Positions 20,736-30,958 are shown, counted from the stretch's first letter. The stretch is DNA of 56,505 nucleotides from Myxococcota bacterium (GCA_036338695.1 JAYZBQ010000085.1:1-56505); one strand, 5' to 3'. Numbers and translations: made by a program. The notes: generated by a model from the sequence alone, not told the origin.

Positions 20736-21418
20736 ACCTTCTCCAACTCGGCGAGGATGGACTCTATTTCAGGGCCTTTAGCGCAGATGATCTGGGAACA
20801 GTCACCGCTTCGTAGCGCCGCCGCCGTGGTGCGACCGATCGCAATCGATGGGACGGTCTGGAGCCACGGGTTCGCCTCGAGCTGGCGCTCGACCGCGCTG
20901 GGGCTGAAATAGATCGCCGCTTTCAGCGCGCAGGGCGGGTGGGTCAGATCGCCTGGCGAGCGGTTCTGGTACACGGTCATCACGCGCACGCTGTGGCCGA
21001 GCCGCGTGAGCTCATCCGCCACGGCGCCTTGGGTCTTGTCGCCAGCGAGCACGGTCACGGGCGCACCAGGGGCTCGCTCATGGATGCAGCGGGCAAGGTC
21101 GGCGCCGTATAAGCCGTCAGCGCAGGTGACCTCCCAGCCGGACCCCAGCGCCTGAGCCGTGCCCGGCCCTTGCGCAAAAACGCTCAACTGTGGCGAGGGG
21201 ATGAACTGACGCAAGAACTTAGCCGCTGAGCGGCTCGGGAGCGCGAGAACGCCTGCGCTCAGCAGCGCCGCTCGAGTCGCCGGGCACGCGCCCCGGAGTA
21301 CAATCTGGATCGCTGGGATCACGAGCGGCTCATAGCCGCCACGAACGAGGGCTTGCGTCAGGGGTTCGGCGTCCTCGAGCTGACGGCTTACGAGCACCCG
21401 TTGGCTCACCGCAGCCAT
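20732..21418 (-). CDS. hemD: Uroporphyrinogen-III synthase
   Basis: Lies between hemC and hemL. GPGTA, VY, FSPSAV, AIGxTTA motifs. An alternative GTG start at 21409 overlaps the hemC stop. Confidence 0.85.
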   Translation of the reverse strand: MAAVSQRVLVSRQLEDAEPLTQALVRGGYEPLVIPAIQIVLRGACPATRAALLSAGVLALPSRSAAKFLRQFIPSPQLSVFAQGPGTAQALGSGWEVTCADGLYGADLARCIHERAPGAPVTVLAGDKTQGAVADELTRLGHSVRVMTVYQNRSPGDLTHPPCALKAAIYFSPSAVERQLEANPWLQTVPSIAIGRTTAAALRSGDCSQIICAKGPEIESILAELEKV

Positions 21419-22311
21419 TCCTCAAGCTCGACGCCTCCAAGCGGCTCAGCGGTGTTTGCGAAGGCGTCGATGAGCTCGTCCATTTGATCGAGCGAGGGGG
21501 ATGAACAGGTGACGCTGAGCACGGCGAAGGTCTCGTCCGGACGCGCCGCACCAAGGTGAAGCGACCAACCCTCTGCAGAGCGATGTGCGTAGGCGCCGAC
21601 CGCGGCGTGGCAGCCTCCACCAAAGCGATCGAGCCACGCTCGCTCCAGCCGCACCGCCTGAGCGGTCTCGTCGTGATGGATCGCAGCTAGCAAGCCTTCG
21701 ATGCGCTGATCGTCTGCCCGGTGCTCAAGACCCAGCGCGCCTTGACCAGCCGCCGGGATCCAGCGCGTCGGGTCCAGCCGCGCCACCTCGAAACCCTCAA
21801 GATCGAACCCGAGGCGCACCACGCCCGCCTCAGCGAGGATGATCGCGTCCGCCTCGCCGCGTTGAAGTTTGGCGAGCCGTGTCGGCACGTTGCCACGCAA
21901 AGGCACCGCTCGATGCTCTGGAAAGGCTGCGCGCAGCAGCGCCACGCGCCGCGCCGACGAGGAGCCGATACGCCGCCCCGGCTCATGGATCGACTCGCCG
22001 CGCCGCCAGATCAACAGATCGGCGACAGGCGCCCGGACCGGCGTTGCGCTCAGCGCCAGCCCTTGAGGTGGAACCACGGGCAGATCCTTCAGGCTGTGAA
22101 CCGCCAGGTCGACGTCACCGGCGAGCAGCGCCACCTCAAGCTCTTTGGTGAAGAGCCCCTTCTCAAGGTTGCTCTGCAGGGGGAGGTCGACCAAGCGATC
22201 CCCGCGCGTGGAGATGATCTTGAGCTCGCCGACGCCAAGCTGCTCTCGAACCCACTCACTCTGTGTGCGGGCGAGGGCGCTCCCGCGTGTCCCGATAATC
22301 AACGACCGCAT
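21406..22311 (-). CDS. hemC: Hydroxymethylbilane synthase
   Basis: GTRGSALA, GLFTKELE, HSLKD, RGNVPTRL, PAAGQGAL, cofactor Cys in GGGC. Confidence 0.96.
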   Translation of the reverse strand: MRSLIIGTRGSALARTQSEWVREQLGVGELKIISTRGDRLVDLPLQSNLEKGLFTKELEVALLAGDVDLAVHSLKDLPVVPPQGLALSATPVRAPVADLLIWRRGESIHEPGRRIGSSSARRVALLRAAFPEHRAVPLRGNVPTRLAKLQRGEADAIILAEAGVVRLGFDLEGFEVARLDPTRWIPAAGQGALGLEHRADDQRIEGLLAAIHHDETAQAVRLERAWLDRFGGGCHAAVGAYAHRSAEGWSLHLGAARPDETFAVLSVTCSSPSLDQMDELIDAFANTAEPLGGVELEEWLR

Positions 22312-23306
22312 CAGCGACCGATGAGCTCGGGCGGCAGCTGCGCTGCTTCGCTCAGCAGCGCGATCGAGTCGGCGCGCATGCCGATGTCGTACCCGAAGGG
22401 CTGGGGGATCAAGACATCAAGCGGGAGCGCGAGGAAGACGACGCCGAGGTACTTGATCGAGAAGAAGAACATCTTCTTGCCCCACGCCTCCTCATCGGCT
22501 TCCGTGAGCGCTTGGATCGAGAGCTGAATGTACCGCAGACCAGCAGCTGTCACCAAGATCAGGTACAGGGGCCCCATCCCGTTGAAGAACGCAAAGAGTA
22601 CGCCGGTGATCGCGAGTAAGCAGACATAAAACAGGTTCTGACGTTTGGTCTCAGCACGACCCCGTATCACCGGGAGCATGGGGACGCCGACGCGCGTGTA
22701 GTCGAGGTCACGCCAGATCGCGAGCGCCCAGGTATGGGGGCATTGCCACAAGAAGATGATCCCAAAGAGCGCCCAACCCGCCGGGTCGAGCTGACCCGTA
22801 ACGGCTGTCCAGCCGACCAGCGGGGGCAAGGCACCGGCGATGCCGCCGAGCAGCACGTTGTGGATGCTGTTGCGCTTGAGCACCATGGTGTAGCCCACAG
22901 CGTAAAAGAGGAGCCCTGCGAAGGTGGTCAGAAAGCAGGCCCAGTTAATCCCGCCGTTTCGAGGGTTCGGGATGAGGGTCAGCAGGACCGTGGCGGAAGC
23001 CAGCGCCAGCGCAGCTGCGAAGATGGTTGCGTGACGGGGCGAGATGCGGCCTTTCGGTAAAGCCCGGTTTTGCGTCCGCTCCATGAGCGCGTCGATGTCT
23101 CGATCATAGACCATGTTCCAGACCTGCGCGGCGCTCGTCGCCAGCAGCAGCCCTGCGAGCGTCGCAGCGATCAGACCGAGGTCGGGCATCCCCTTCGCTG
23201 CGACGAACATCGTGCACAGCGTCGTCAGCGCAAGCAGCCGGCTGACACCCGGCTTGGTGAGCGAGTAGTAGTCTCGCCAGAGGGGAGGCTTGGACTGAGC
23301 CACCAT
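22311..23306 (-). CDS. cyoE: Protoheme IX farnesyltransferase (heme o synthase, CyoE/CtaB)
   Basis: LTKPG, N..DRDID..MERT..R..P.G, YT..LKR, GALPPL.GW, LWQ.PH, DY...GVPMLP; polytopic membrane protein. Confidence 0.93.
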   Translation of the reverse strand: MVAQSKPPLWRDYYSLTKPGVSRLLALTTLCTMFVAAKGMPDLGLIAATLAGLLLATSAAQVWNMVYDRDIDALMERTQNRALPKGRISPRHATIFAAALALASATVLLTLIPNPRNGGINWACFLTTFAGLLFYAVGYTMVLKRNSIHNVLLGGIAGALPPLVGWTAVTGQLDPAGWALFGIIFLWQCPHTWALAIWRDLDYTRVGVPMLPVIRGRAETKRQNLFYVCLLAITGVLFAFFNGMGPLYLILVTAAGLRYIQLSIQALTEADEEAWGKKMFFFSIKYLGVVFLALPLDVLIPQPFGYDIGMRADSIALLSEAAQLPPELIGR

Positions 23307-23324
23307 CGCCTCGCCGATCGTGAG

Positions 23325-23741
23325 TTACTGCGCGGCGGCGTCTGCGGCTGCGTCTGCCTTCGCCTTCGCATCGCTCGGCGGGAGGGTGGCTGCGGCGGTC
23401 TCGTCGATACCTGGCATCACGGGATCGGGCAGCTTGGCCGGCAAGCCGAGCTCGTTCAATCCGGGGAGCAGCATGGCTTGGCCTTTGTAGACCGTCAGGC
23501 CAAGCGCCTTGGAGTTCTGTAGCTGGATCGCCATCGCCGCCTCGAGCGTGATCTCGGTCACCGAGCTCGGGGTCGTTGGTGCAGGCGCTGCCGGAGCAGC
23601 CTTCTCGGGCGCCGCAGGTGCCTCTTGAGCAGGTGCTGCCTTCGCCGCGGTGTTCGCCGCAGCCGCAGCGGCGTCTGTACCGGTCTCGGCGGCGAGCGCC
23701 GGCGTGCTAAGTACGATGAGTCCGAGAGTCAGAACACGCAT
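23325..23741 (-). CDS. Small exported Ala/Pro-rich protein of unknown function (actG position)
   Basis: ATG 23741 with AAGGAG RBS, 10 nt after the actF stop. Signal peptide MRVLTLGLIVLSTPALA. Confidence 0.7.
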   Translation of the reverse strand: MRVLTLGLIVLSTPALAAETGTDAAAAAANTAAKAAPAQEAPAAPEKAAPAAPAPTTPSSVTEITLEAAMAIQLQNSKALGLTVYKGQAMLLPGLNELGLPAKLPDPVMPGIDETAAATLPPSDAKAKADAAADAAAQ

Positions 23742-23751
23742 GAGCGCTCCT

Positions 23752-24966
23752 TTAGACTTGGTGGTGGTGCATGCACTCATGCAGCCGCGGATCTTTGATC
23801 GGGATGATGTTGTTCGCAGCGAGCGCTTTGCCTGCCACGAACAAGAACGCGCCGAAGAACCCAAGGATCATGGTCCACTCTACGAACGGGATCCCCGGTC
23901 CGGGGTGCGCCGAGCCGTGCTTTGCAGCCGGTGCCACGATCCACCACATCTCATAAGCCTGGAAGGTGATGATCCACATGCAGATGAACTTCAGCCCTTT
24001 ACCCAAGCGCTTGATCCCGTGCCGCAGAAGGATCGCGAAGGGGATGATGAACTTGGCTGCCGGGATCCACAGCGAGTGCGCCAGCCAGCCGTCCTTGGCG
24101 CGGTACACAAAGAACGTCGCCTCCTCAGGAAGGTTGGCGTACCAGATCAGCAGGAACTGACTAAAGGCGATGTAGGCGTAGAAGACGGTGAAGGCGAAGG
24201 TGAACTTCGCGGCGTCGTGGATGTGGTTCTCATTGAGCCAGGTCGTGGAGATGCGATCCGTCTCGATCAACCAGACGGCAACCAGGCAGACCAGCGCACA
24301 GGCTGCTTGCCAGTGCCCTGCGAACATGTAGACGCCCCACATCGTCGAGAACCAAGTCGGCTGAAGGCTCATCACGAAGTCGACCGACAGCGCCGAGTAA
24401 CCCAGCGAGAAGACGATCAGGAACGGACCCGCCATGCCTTGCTGACGCCAGGTGTGCTCGGTGTCGCCGTCTTCATCCTGCGCATAGGAGTGGTTCACCA
24501 TCTTGCGCACAAGGAAGACCAACAACGCCATGACGACGACGTAGGTGATCAAGAAGCGCGGCACGTTAAGCCACCACAGCTTCTTCTCGATGACCGCTGC
24601 GTGCGCACCGTGTGGATGCAGCCAGTGCTCGAATACGCCGTGCGGAACGAATAAGAACGCAACGGCGCCGAGCCCGAGGACCGCAGCGTAAGGGAGCCAG
24701 CGGGTCATCGCCTCAGGGATCCGCCGAAGCGTCACGTTCCAGCCCGCCGAGGTCGCGTAGCCGACCGCGAGATAGAACGCCCCGAGGAGCGCCAGGCTGA
24801 AGGTAAACCAGAACCCAGCCAGGTAGCCGGTCTGGAACGCCGTGAAGTCCGTCACGGCGCCAACGATCGCGCCGACGACGCCGACACCCATCAAGCCAAA
24901 GCACAGCGTCTTGTGCCAGGCTGGCAGCTCGATGCGTGCTGGGATTTCAAGTTGCTCGCTTGCCAT
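23752..24966 (-). CDS. actF: Alternative complex III subunit F
   Basis: About 10 TM segments. AGW..LRRIPEA, D.VMSL.P.WFST.WG, FSQFLLIWYANLPEE motifs; follows actE. Confidence 0.9.
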   Translation of the reverse strand: MASEQLEIPARIELPAWHKTLCFGLMGVGVVGAIVGAVTDFTAFQTGYLAGFWFTFSLALLGAFYLAVGYATSAGWNVTLRRIPEAMTRWLPYAAVLGLGAVAFLFVPHGVFEHWLHPHGAHAAVIEKKLWWLNVPRFLITYVVVMALLVFLVRKMVNHSYAQDEDGDTEHTWRQQGMAGPFLIVFSLGYSALSVDFVMSLQPTWFSTMWGVYMFAGHWQAACALVCLVAVWLIETDRISTTWLNENHIHDAAKFTFAFTVFYAYIAFSQFLLIWYANLPEEATFFVYRAKDGWLAHSLWIPAAKFIIPFAILLRHGIKRLGKGLKFICMWIITFQAYEMWWIVAPAAKHGSAHPGPGIPFVEWTMILGFFGAFLFVAGKALAANNIIPIKDPRLHECMHHHQV

Positions 24967-24978
24967 AAGTCCGAGCTC

Positions 24979-25566
24979 CTATTCGTTCGCCGACGGGGGG
25001 TTCTGCACCATCCCGAGGGTTCGAATGTAGTGTACGATCGCCCAACGCTCGAGCGGCTCAAGCTGCCCCGCGTAGCTGCCCATAATCGCGGCGCCTGCCG
25101 TGATCACGTGGAACAGCTCACCCGGGCGCTCCTGCGCAATCTTGTAGACGCGTTCGTCGGTCAGGTTGTTGCCAGGGATCATCCCGCGTTCGGTCGCTGA
25201 GCTGCGCGACTTGGACATGGGACCGAGGCCGTCCATGCCGTGGCACAGGGCGCAGTACTGGTTGTACTTTGTCTGACCAAGCTCGAGATTTTCGGCGGTC
25301 ACCGGGAGCGGGTTCTTTAGGACATCACCCGCCTCTTGGCGCCCCTCAAGTCGAGCGAAGGGGTAGTTGTATTGTTCGGTGTGGACCGAGCCGACCGGCG
25401 GAAGCATCCGCTTCTCTTCTTGCGCCTCGACCGCAACGCTGTCGTCCATGTCCAGCCGGTTGAAGGCGATAAACTGCCGGTCGCCCGAGGCAGGCCAGCC
25501 GATCTCGATGTTGCAGGCGGTCAGCATCAGCGTCAGACCGGCTACTTTGAGCAGGGACTGCATCAT
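24979..25566 (-). CDS. actE: Alternative complex III subunit E (monoheme cytochrome c lipoprotein)
   Basis: Lipobox LTAC, NPLP, heme motif CALCH, MGSYA..L...ERWAIVHYIR. Confidence 0.9.
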   Translation of the reverse strand: MMQSLLKVAGLTLMLTACNIEIGWPASGDRQFIAFNRLDMDDSVAVEAQEEKRMLPPVGSVHTEQYNYPFARLEGRQEAGDVLKNPLPVTAENLELGQTKYNQYCALCHGMDGLGPMSKSRSSATERGMIPGNNLTDERVYKIAQERPGELFHVITAGAAIMGSYAGQLEPLERWAIVHYIRTLGMVQNPPSANE

Positions 25567-26090
25567 GACGCCTCCTCCCGGTGCTCTAGGACCTCATCGG
25601 CGCCGAGCTCCTGGATGAAGGCTTTGACCTCGTCGAGGTCGAACCCTTCGTTGTCCGCGCCGATCCACAGGCCGAAGCGATCGTCCGTAAAGCGTTTGTC
25701 GACGATCATGGGCTTGAGCGTCGGCATCCCTTGGCTCAGGAAGACGGCGAAGAAGGTCGAGAGCCCACCAAAGAGCACCGACAGCTCGAACATGATCGGC
25801 ACAAAATCCGGGAACGCCAGGAAGGGGCGACCGCCGAAGTTCATGGGCCAGTTGAAGGTCGTGATCGAGACCTGCAGGGTGATCGCCGTCGTCAAACCGA
25901 TCATGGCGAAGGTCAAGGTCACCCAGGGCAACCAAGAGCGGCTCAGCCCCATGGCGGGATCCAGACCGTGCACTGGGTACGGCGTAAAGCAGTCCCAGCT
26001 CTTGTAGTCACGCTCGGTCGTCTTCTTCGCCGCGTGGATGAGGTCATCCGGGTGACGGAAGACACCGTAGACACCTTTGAGTTCAGACAT
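25563..26090 (-). CDS. actD: Alternative complex III subunit D (DUF3341)
   Basis: FTPYPVHGLD, WPMNFGGRP, FVPIMFELSVL, FTDDRF; two TM helices. Confidence 0.92.
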   Translation of the reverse strand: MSELKGVYGVFRHPDDLIHAAKKTTERDYKSWDCFTPYPVHGLDPAMGLSRSWLPWVTLTFAMIGLTTAITLQVSITTFNWPMNFGGRPFLAFPDFVPIMFELSVLFGGLSTFFAVFLSQGMPTLKPMIVDKRFTDDRFGLWIGADNEGFDLDEVKAFIQELGADEVLEHREEAS

Positions 26091-27532
26091 CAGTGCGCTC
26101 CTTGCGGGTGTTGGGCTGCGACGCCCGCACCGTCATCTGGGTCGTGAACGCTCTTGACCTCGGCGATCGCCACCGTCGGGAAGGTGCGGCAGTAGACCAG
26201 GAAGAACATGAAGAACCAGCCGAACGAGCCGATCGTCAGCCCCCAGTCAAATGGGGTCATCACGTAGAGCGCCCAGTTCGAGGGCAGGAAGTCCTGCGTC
26301 AGCGAGGTGACGATAATCACGTAACGCTCGAACCACATCCCCACGTTCACGAGCAACGACACCACGAACATCACCGGGATGCTTCGGCGCATCGACTTGA
26401 ACCAGAAGACCTGCGGCACGAAGGCGTTGCAGCTGAACATGATCCAGTACGCCCACCAGTAGGTGCCGAAGGCGCGGTTCCTAAAGATGAAGCCCTCAAA
26501 GTGCGAGCCGGAGTACGCCGCCATGAAGAACTCGGTGGAGTACGCAAAGCCCACGATCATTCCCGTGGCGAGCAAGATCTTATTGGTCGCTTCGAGGTGG
26601 TTCATCGTGATGTAGTCTTCGAGCTTGAGCCAGGACCTCATCGGAATGAGCAAGGTCAGCGTCATGCCGAAGCCAGAGAAGATGGCGCCCACGACGAAGT
26701 ACGGCGGGAAGATCGTTGCGTGCCAGCCGGGAACGATCGACGTGGCGAAGTCGAAGGAGACGATGGTGTGCACCGAGAGCACCAGCGGGGTCGCCAGACC
26801 CGAGAGGATCAAGCAGGCGATCTCCCAGTGGCGCCAAGCCCGGTTCGAGCCATTCCAGCCGAAGCTTGCGAGCCCGTACAGCTTCTTGCGGAGCGGGTGG
26901 ACCGCACGGTCACGCACGGTAGCGAAGTCCGGGATCAAGCCCATGTACCAGAAGAAGATCGAGATCGTTGCGTAGGTCGAGATCGCAAAGATGTCCCAGA
27001 CCAGCGGTGAGTTGAAGTTCGGCCAAAGGTAACGGTGGTTCGGGTAGGGGAGCATCCAGTACACGAACCACGCGCGGCCGACGTGAACCGCCGGGAAGAC
27101 ACCGGCCGTCATCACGGCGAAAATCGTCATCGCTTCCGCTGAGCGGTTGACGCCCGTGCGCCACTTCTGACGGAAGAGGAACAGCACCGCTGAGATCAGC
27201 GTCCCGGCGTGTCCGATCCCAATCCAGAACACGAAGTTGACGATGTGTACACCCCAACCGGACGGGTGATTCACACCGTGCATCCCCATCCCGGTAAAGA
27301 TGGTCCCTGAGACGATCACGCTGAGGAAGAGTGCTGTGCCTAGGAGGGCAAAGCCAAACCCGATGATCCATGGGAGTGAGGGCATGCGCTCCAGCGGGGC
27401 GCAGATGTCCTCGGTGATTTCGTGGAACGTCCGACCGTTGAGAACCAGTGGCTCACGATCCCAGCGAGGACCGCCGAGAGGACCCTTTTTCTCGTTGAGT
27501 ACGGGGGTTCCGTAGACTTGTTCAACTGACAT
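26090..27532 (-). CDS. actC: Alternative complex III subunit C (NrfD/PsrC family)
   Basis: NFVFWIGIGHAGTLISA, NRSAEAMT, NFNSPLVWD, LVLSVHTIVS.DFA, NVGMWFER. Confidence 0.95.
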   Translation of the reverse strand: MSVEQVYGTPVLNEKKGPLGGPRWDREPLVLNGRTFHEITEDICAPLERMPSLPWIIGFGFALLGTALFLSVIVSGTIFTGMGMHGVNHPSGWGVHIVNFVFWIGIGHAGTLISAVLFLFRQKWRTGVNRSAEAMTIFAVMTAGVFPAVHVGRAWFVYWMLPYPNHRYLWPNFNSPLVWDIFAISTYATISIFFWYMGLIPDFATVRDRAVHPLRKKLYGLASFGWNGSNRAWRHWEIACLILSGLATPLVLSVHTIVSFDFATSIVPGWHATIFPPYFVVGAIFSGFGMTLTLLIPMRSWLKLEDYITMNHLEATNKILLATGMIVGFAYSTEFFMAAYSGSHFEGFIFRNRAFGTYWWAYWIMFSCNAFVPQVFWFKSMRRSIPVMFVVSLLVNVGMWFERYVIIVTSLTQDFLPSNWALYVMTPFDWGLTIGSFGWFFMFFLVYCRTFPTVAIAEVKSVHDPDDGAGVAAQHPQGAH

Positions 27533-27550
27533 ACGAGCTGCTCGCGTCCC

Positions 27551-30500
27551 CTAGGCGGGGTTCCAAATTCGGGTGAGATAGAAGACCGACGGCTTGGCGC
27601 CAACCTCTTCGAGAATACGATACGACCGGACACCGGCGACCTGTTGCGCAATGCGGGTCTCGGCGTTGTTGATATCGCCGAAGGTGATGCTGTTGGTCGG
27701 GCAGGCTGCTTCACAGGCGGTCTGAAGCTCGCCGTCGTCGCGGACGCGCCGTCCCTCGGACTGAGCGTGAATCTTCGCCTTCTGAATCCGCTGGCTGCAG
27801 AAGGAGCACTTCTCCATGACGCCGCGCGTCCGGACGGTGACCTCTGGGTTGTAGCGGTTGTTCAGGTCGCCCGCGTTGTTGTATCGCGCCTGCTTCTTCC
27901 CTTCGGGGTGCACCATCGTGGTCAGCCAGTTCGTGCGCTCAAAGCTGAACTCGAACCAGTTGTAGCGTCGGACCTTGTAGGCGCAGTTGTTGGCGCAATA
28001 GCGGGTCCCGACGCAGCGGTTGTACACCTGCTGATTAACGCCCTCTGCGTCGTGCATTGACGCCGTAAAGGGGCAGACCGTCTCGCAGCCTGCGTTCTCG
28101 CAGTGCTGGCACAGCATGGGCTGGAGGTGGACCTTCGGGTTGTCGAGCGCCCCTTCGGGGATCGCAGCGAGGTGATCCCAGTCCTTATGCTGCGGCTCAG
28201 CCAGCGGATTGTCCGCGGGCGCATCGAAGGCGTAGTAGCGGTCGATCCGGAGCCAATTCATCTCGCGATTACTCAGAACGCCCTTCTTACCGACCACGGC
28301 GATGTTGTTCTCGCTTTGACACGCGATCACGCAGGCGTTGCAGCCGGTGCAGCTGTTGCTGTCAATGCTCATCGCCCAGCGGTAGCCAGGGTACTCGTGA
28401 CCCGCCCAGTGGCTGGGGCCCGAGTGTCCACCGACGAAGGTCTTATGTTCGCCATGGGGCTCGTAGGTCGCGCCGCCATACTCATGGTTGTAATGGTGAC
28501 CGCCGCCGTGACCGTGGTCGCCGTCTTTACCGTGGCTCCCTTTGCCCGTCGCGGCCGCTGCGCTCTTTTTGTTCCAATCCTCAAGGCTCGTCTCAGGACA
28601 GAGCGGTCGAAGGTGGTTGTTTAGGAGATCGGCTCGGATGTCGAGACCGCGTCCGTCGCGCGGGTCATCGCCGCCGATGCGCGGGATCTGAGTCCAGCCA
28701 TCCACCACGGTCAGCTCGCCGACTTGAGCGCGTCGACCGTTGTTGGTCATCAGGCTGTAGGCGTTCACGCCGACGTCGTTGCCCACGTCACCCACGGCGC
28801 TGCGGCCGAGACCGGCGTAGAGGACGACGGTGTTCTCGGCGACACCAGGCTGCGTCACCACCGGCACGACCAGGCGGTTGTCGCCCACCGAGATCTGCAC
28901 GCGGTCGCCGTCGAGCAGGTCGAGCGCACGCGCCGAGCGCGGCCCGATCTGTGCGACCGATTCCCAGACGACGTGCGTGATCGGATCCGCCAACTCCATG
29001 AGCCAGCCGTTGTTAGCCTGAACGCCCTCACCGTCGGCGAAAGCGTTGCTTGAAGCCAGCATCACATCCCAGGCGCTGCCAAGCTCGACGGGCGCCGAGG
29101 GGACCGTGTTGAGCGCGCTGGCGTTAAAGTTACCGGGTCGTGTGTTCGACTCGATCGCCAGATGAAAGCCGTTTCGGAGGACCTCATCAAAAGCCCGGGC
29201 GACGCCGGCGGAGGAGGTCTGCTTGAAGAAGCGGCTGTTCCAGGCGTCGCGCAGGAAGTAGTACGACGCCGGGGGTGCTTCACCCTCTTTCGCCGCCTTC
29301 GCCTGATCGGTGACCGCTGTGTGCAGCCGGCCGCCCATCGTGAAGGTGACGCGCCCGTTCTCGTCCTTCAGGTTCGCCCATGCGATGAGGTGATCCAGTA
29401 AGCCTCGGCTGTCATTCATTGGACGAATAGAGGGTTGCTGGATGGAGTGGACCCCGACCTCGGTCGTGGCGTCTCCCCAGCTCTCCATCTCGTGGGCGAG
29501 GGGCGCGAACCAGTTCGCCTTGAGCCCGGTCTCGTCGACTCGGTCGCCGATGTAGACGACGTTTTTGACCTTGGCCAGCGCCGACTCAAACCCAAGCGCT
29601 GCGCCGAGGTACACCGGGTTGGTGTGGGCGATGATGAGCGTCTCAACCTGACCTTTGTTGATCTGGTTGATCAGGTCGAGGAGGACGCTAAAGCCGGCGG
29701 CGCCGCGCTGCGAGCCCTCGAGCACGACCGTCTGGCCGATGTTTCCGAGCATGTGGTTAAGCAGCAGCGCCATTTTGTCGAGCTCGACCGAGCCCATCAC
29801 GCCGCCGCCGAAGACGACGCTCGCGCCGCGTTGGTCCGCGAGGCGCTTGGCGAGCTGGGTCAAGTCGTCGACGCTCACGCCGGTCGCCTTCGCCACTGCG
29901 TTGGGGTCATAGCCCTTGACCTGGTCGAGGATCGCAGCAGGCGCTTGGGTCTGCTTGGCGATGAGGTGGGCGAGGGCGCCTGCGATGTTGAGCAGGTTGC
30001 CGCTGCGGACCACGAAGCGGCGGTCTGCGTTGGCGCCCGTCATGGTCAGGCGGGACTCGAAGACCACCGTGGACGACATCTTCTCGCCGCGGTTGTCGAC
30101 CTCACGGCTGCGCGCCCAGTCGCTTGCGAAGCGCTCTGGGCTGATGAAGGTATCGAGGAAATCAGCGCCGAACGAGACGATGACTCGAGCTTCCTGAAGC
30201 CGGTAGTCCGGCAGCCCACCCAAGCCGAAGAGCTCGGTGGAGGCGGTGCGCAGGTTGTCGTGCCCGTCGGGCTGCCACGCCAGGTGCATGTCGCCGACGT
30301 TGGCGCCGCCTGCGACCCCTGCGAGCAGCTCGTGGATCGCTTCTTGCGTTGCGACGCCCGAGATCGGTCCGCTCAAAATCCGAGTCTTGGCGCCCGAGGC
30401 GCGCATCGCCTCAGAGACCGCCTTGTCCAGCTCCGACCAATTCACGGCGCTGGCTTTGCCGCCGCTGAGCTTCGCCGGGCCGGTGGCACGGTCTGGGTCG

Positions 30501-30943
30501 TACAGGTCGAGGATCGCTGCCCCTTGGCGCGCCGACGTGCCGCGCACGCCGCTCGGGTGACTTGCGAGCCCCTCGACGTGGATCGGCTTCCCGGCGCGCG
30601 TCCGGATCTTCGCAGGGGCGCCATGAAGCGTCGTTGCGTAGAAGTTCGGACGCCCCGGTTGCACCTCGCCCGTGCGGTTGGTATACGGAACGATCTTCTC
30701 TGCTGGAACCTGACAGCCGGTGGTCGCCGTCAGCCCTGCGGCTGCGGTCGCAGCGCCGCTGAGCCGGACAAAGTCTCGGCGGTCCATCCGGACGCCGTTA
30801 CCGCCGTCTGGGAACTCAACCTGAATCGAGTTGGCTTGAGACACATCACCGTCGATGAGCGGCGCCGGACTGACCGGACGTCCCGACCCGTCGAGTGCAT
30901 CGCTAGAGATGTCCTCGTTGCTGAGCCATGCGTTCTTCGTCAT
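27551..30943 (-). CDS. actB: Alternative complex III subunit B (molybdopterin-oxidoreductase-like domain fused to Fe-S domain)
   Basis: Tat motif RRDF followed by a lipobox-like TGC. Fe-S motifs CTGCNACVIAC, CQHCENAGCETVCP, RCVGTRYCANNC, RGVMEKCSFC, CEAACP. Confidence 0.95.
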   Translation of the reverse strand: MTKNAWLSNEDISSDALDGSGRPVSPAPLIDGDVSQANSIQVEFPDGGNGVRMDRRDFVRLSGAATAAAGLTATTGCQVPAEKIVPYTNRTGEVQPGRPNFYATTLHGAPAKIRTRAGKPIHVEGLASHPSGVRGTSARQGAAILDLYDPDRATGPAKLSGGKASAVNWSELDKAVSEAMRASGAKTRILSGPISGVATQEAIHELLAGVAGGANVGDMHLAWQPDGHDNLRTASTELFGLGGLPDYRLQEARVIVSFGADFLDTFISPERFASDWARSREVDNRGEKMSSTVVFESRLTMTGANADRRFVVRSGNLLNIAGALAHLIAKQTQAPAAILDQVKGYDPNAVAKATGVSVDDLTQLAKRLADQRGASVVFGGGVMGSVELDKMALLLNHMLGNIGQTVVLEGSQRGAAGFSVLLDLINQINKGQVETLIIAHTNPVYLGAALGFESALAKVKNVVYIGDRVDETGLKANWFAPLAHEMESWGDATTEVGVHSIQQPSIRPMNDSRGLLDHLIAWANLKDENGRVTFTMGGRLHTAVTDQAKAAKEGEAPPASYYFLRDAWNSRFFKQTSSAGVARAFDEVLRNGFHLAIESNTRPGNFNASALNTVPSAPVELGSAWDVMLASSNAFADGEGVQANNGWLMELADPITHVVWESVAQIGPRSARALDLLDGDRVQISVGDNRLVVPVVTQPGVAENTVVLYAGLGRSAVGDVGNDVGVNAYSLMTNNGRRAQVGELTVVDGWTQIPRIGGDDPRDGRGLDIRADLLNNHLRPLCPETSLEDWNKKSAAAATGKGSHGKDGDHGHGGGHHYNHEYGGATYEPHGEHKTFVGGHSGPSHWAGHEYPGYRWAMSIDSNSCTGCNACVIACQSENNIAVVGKKGVLSNREMNWLRIDRYYAFDAPADNPLAEPQHKDWDHLAAIPEGALDNPKVHLQPMLCQHCENAGCETVCPFTASMHDAEGVNQQVYNRCVGTRYCANNCAYKVRRYNWFEFSFERTNWLTTMVHPEGKKQARYNNAGDLNNRYNPEVTVRTRGVMEKCSFCSQRIQKAKIHAQSEGRRVRDDGELQTACEAACPTNSITFGDINNAETRIAQQVAGVRSYRILEEVGAKPSVFYLTRIWNPA

Positions 30944-30958
30944 CTTTTCCTCTACCTC

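Noticed and set aside
27551..30943. Catalytic molybdoenzyme (nitrate, formate or polysulfide reductase)
   Set aside because: Fusion to the Fe-S domain and the actA/C/D/E/F context identify it as ActB, whose molybdopterin-like domain is non-catalytic.
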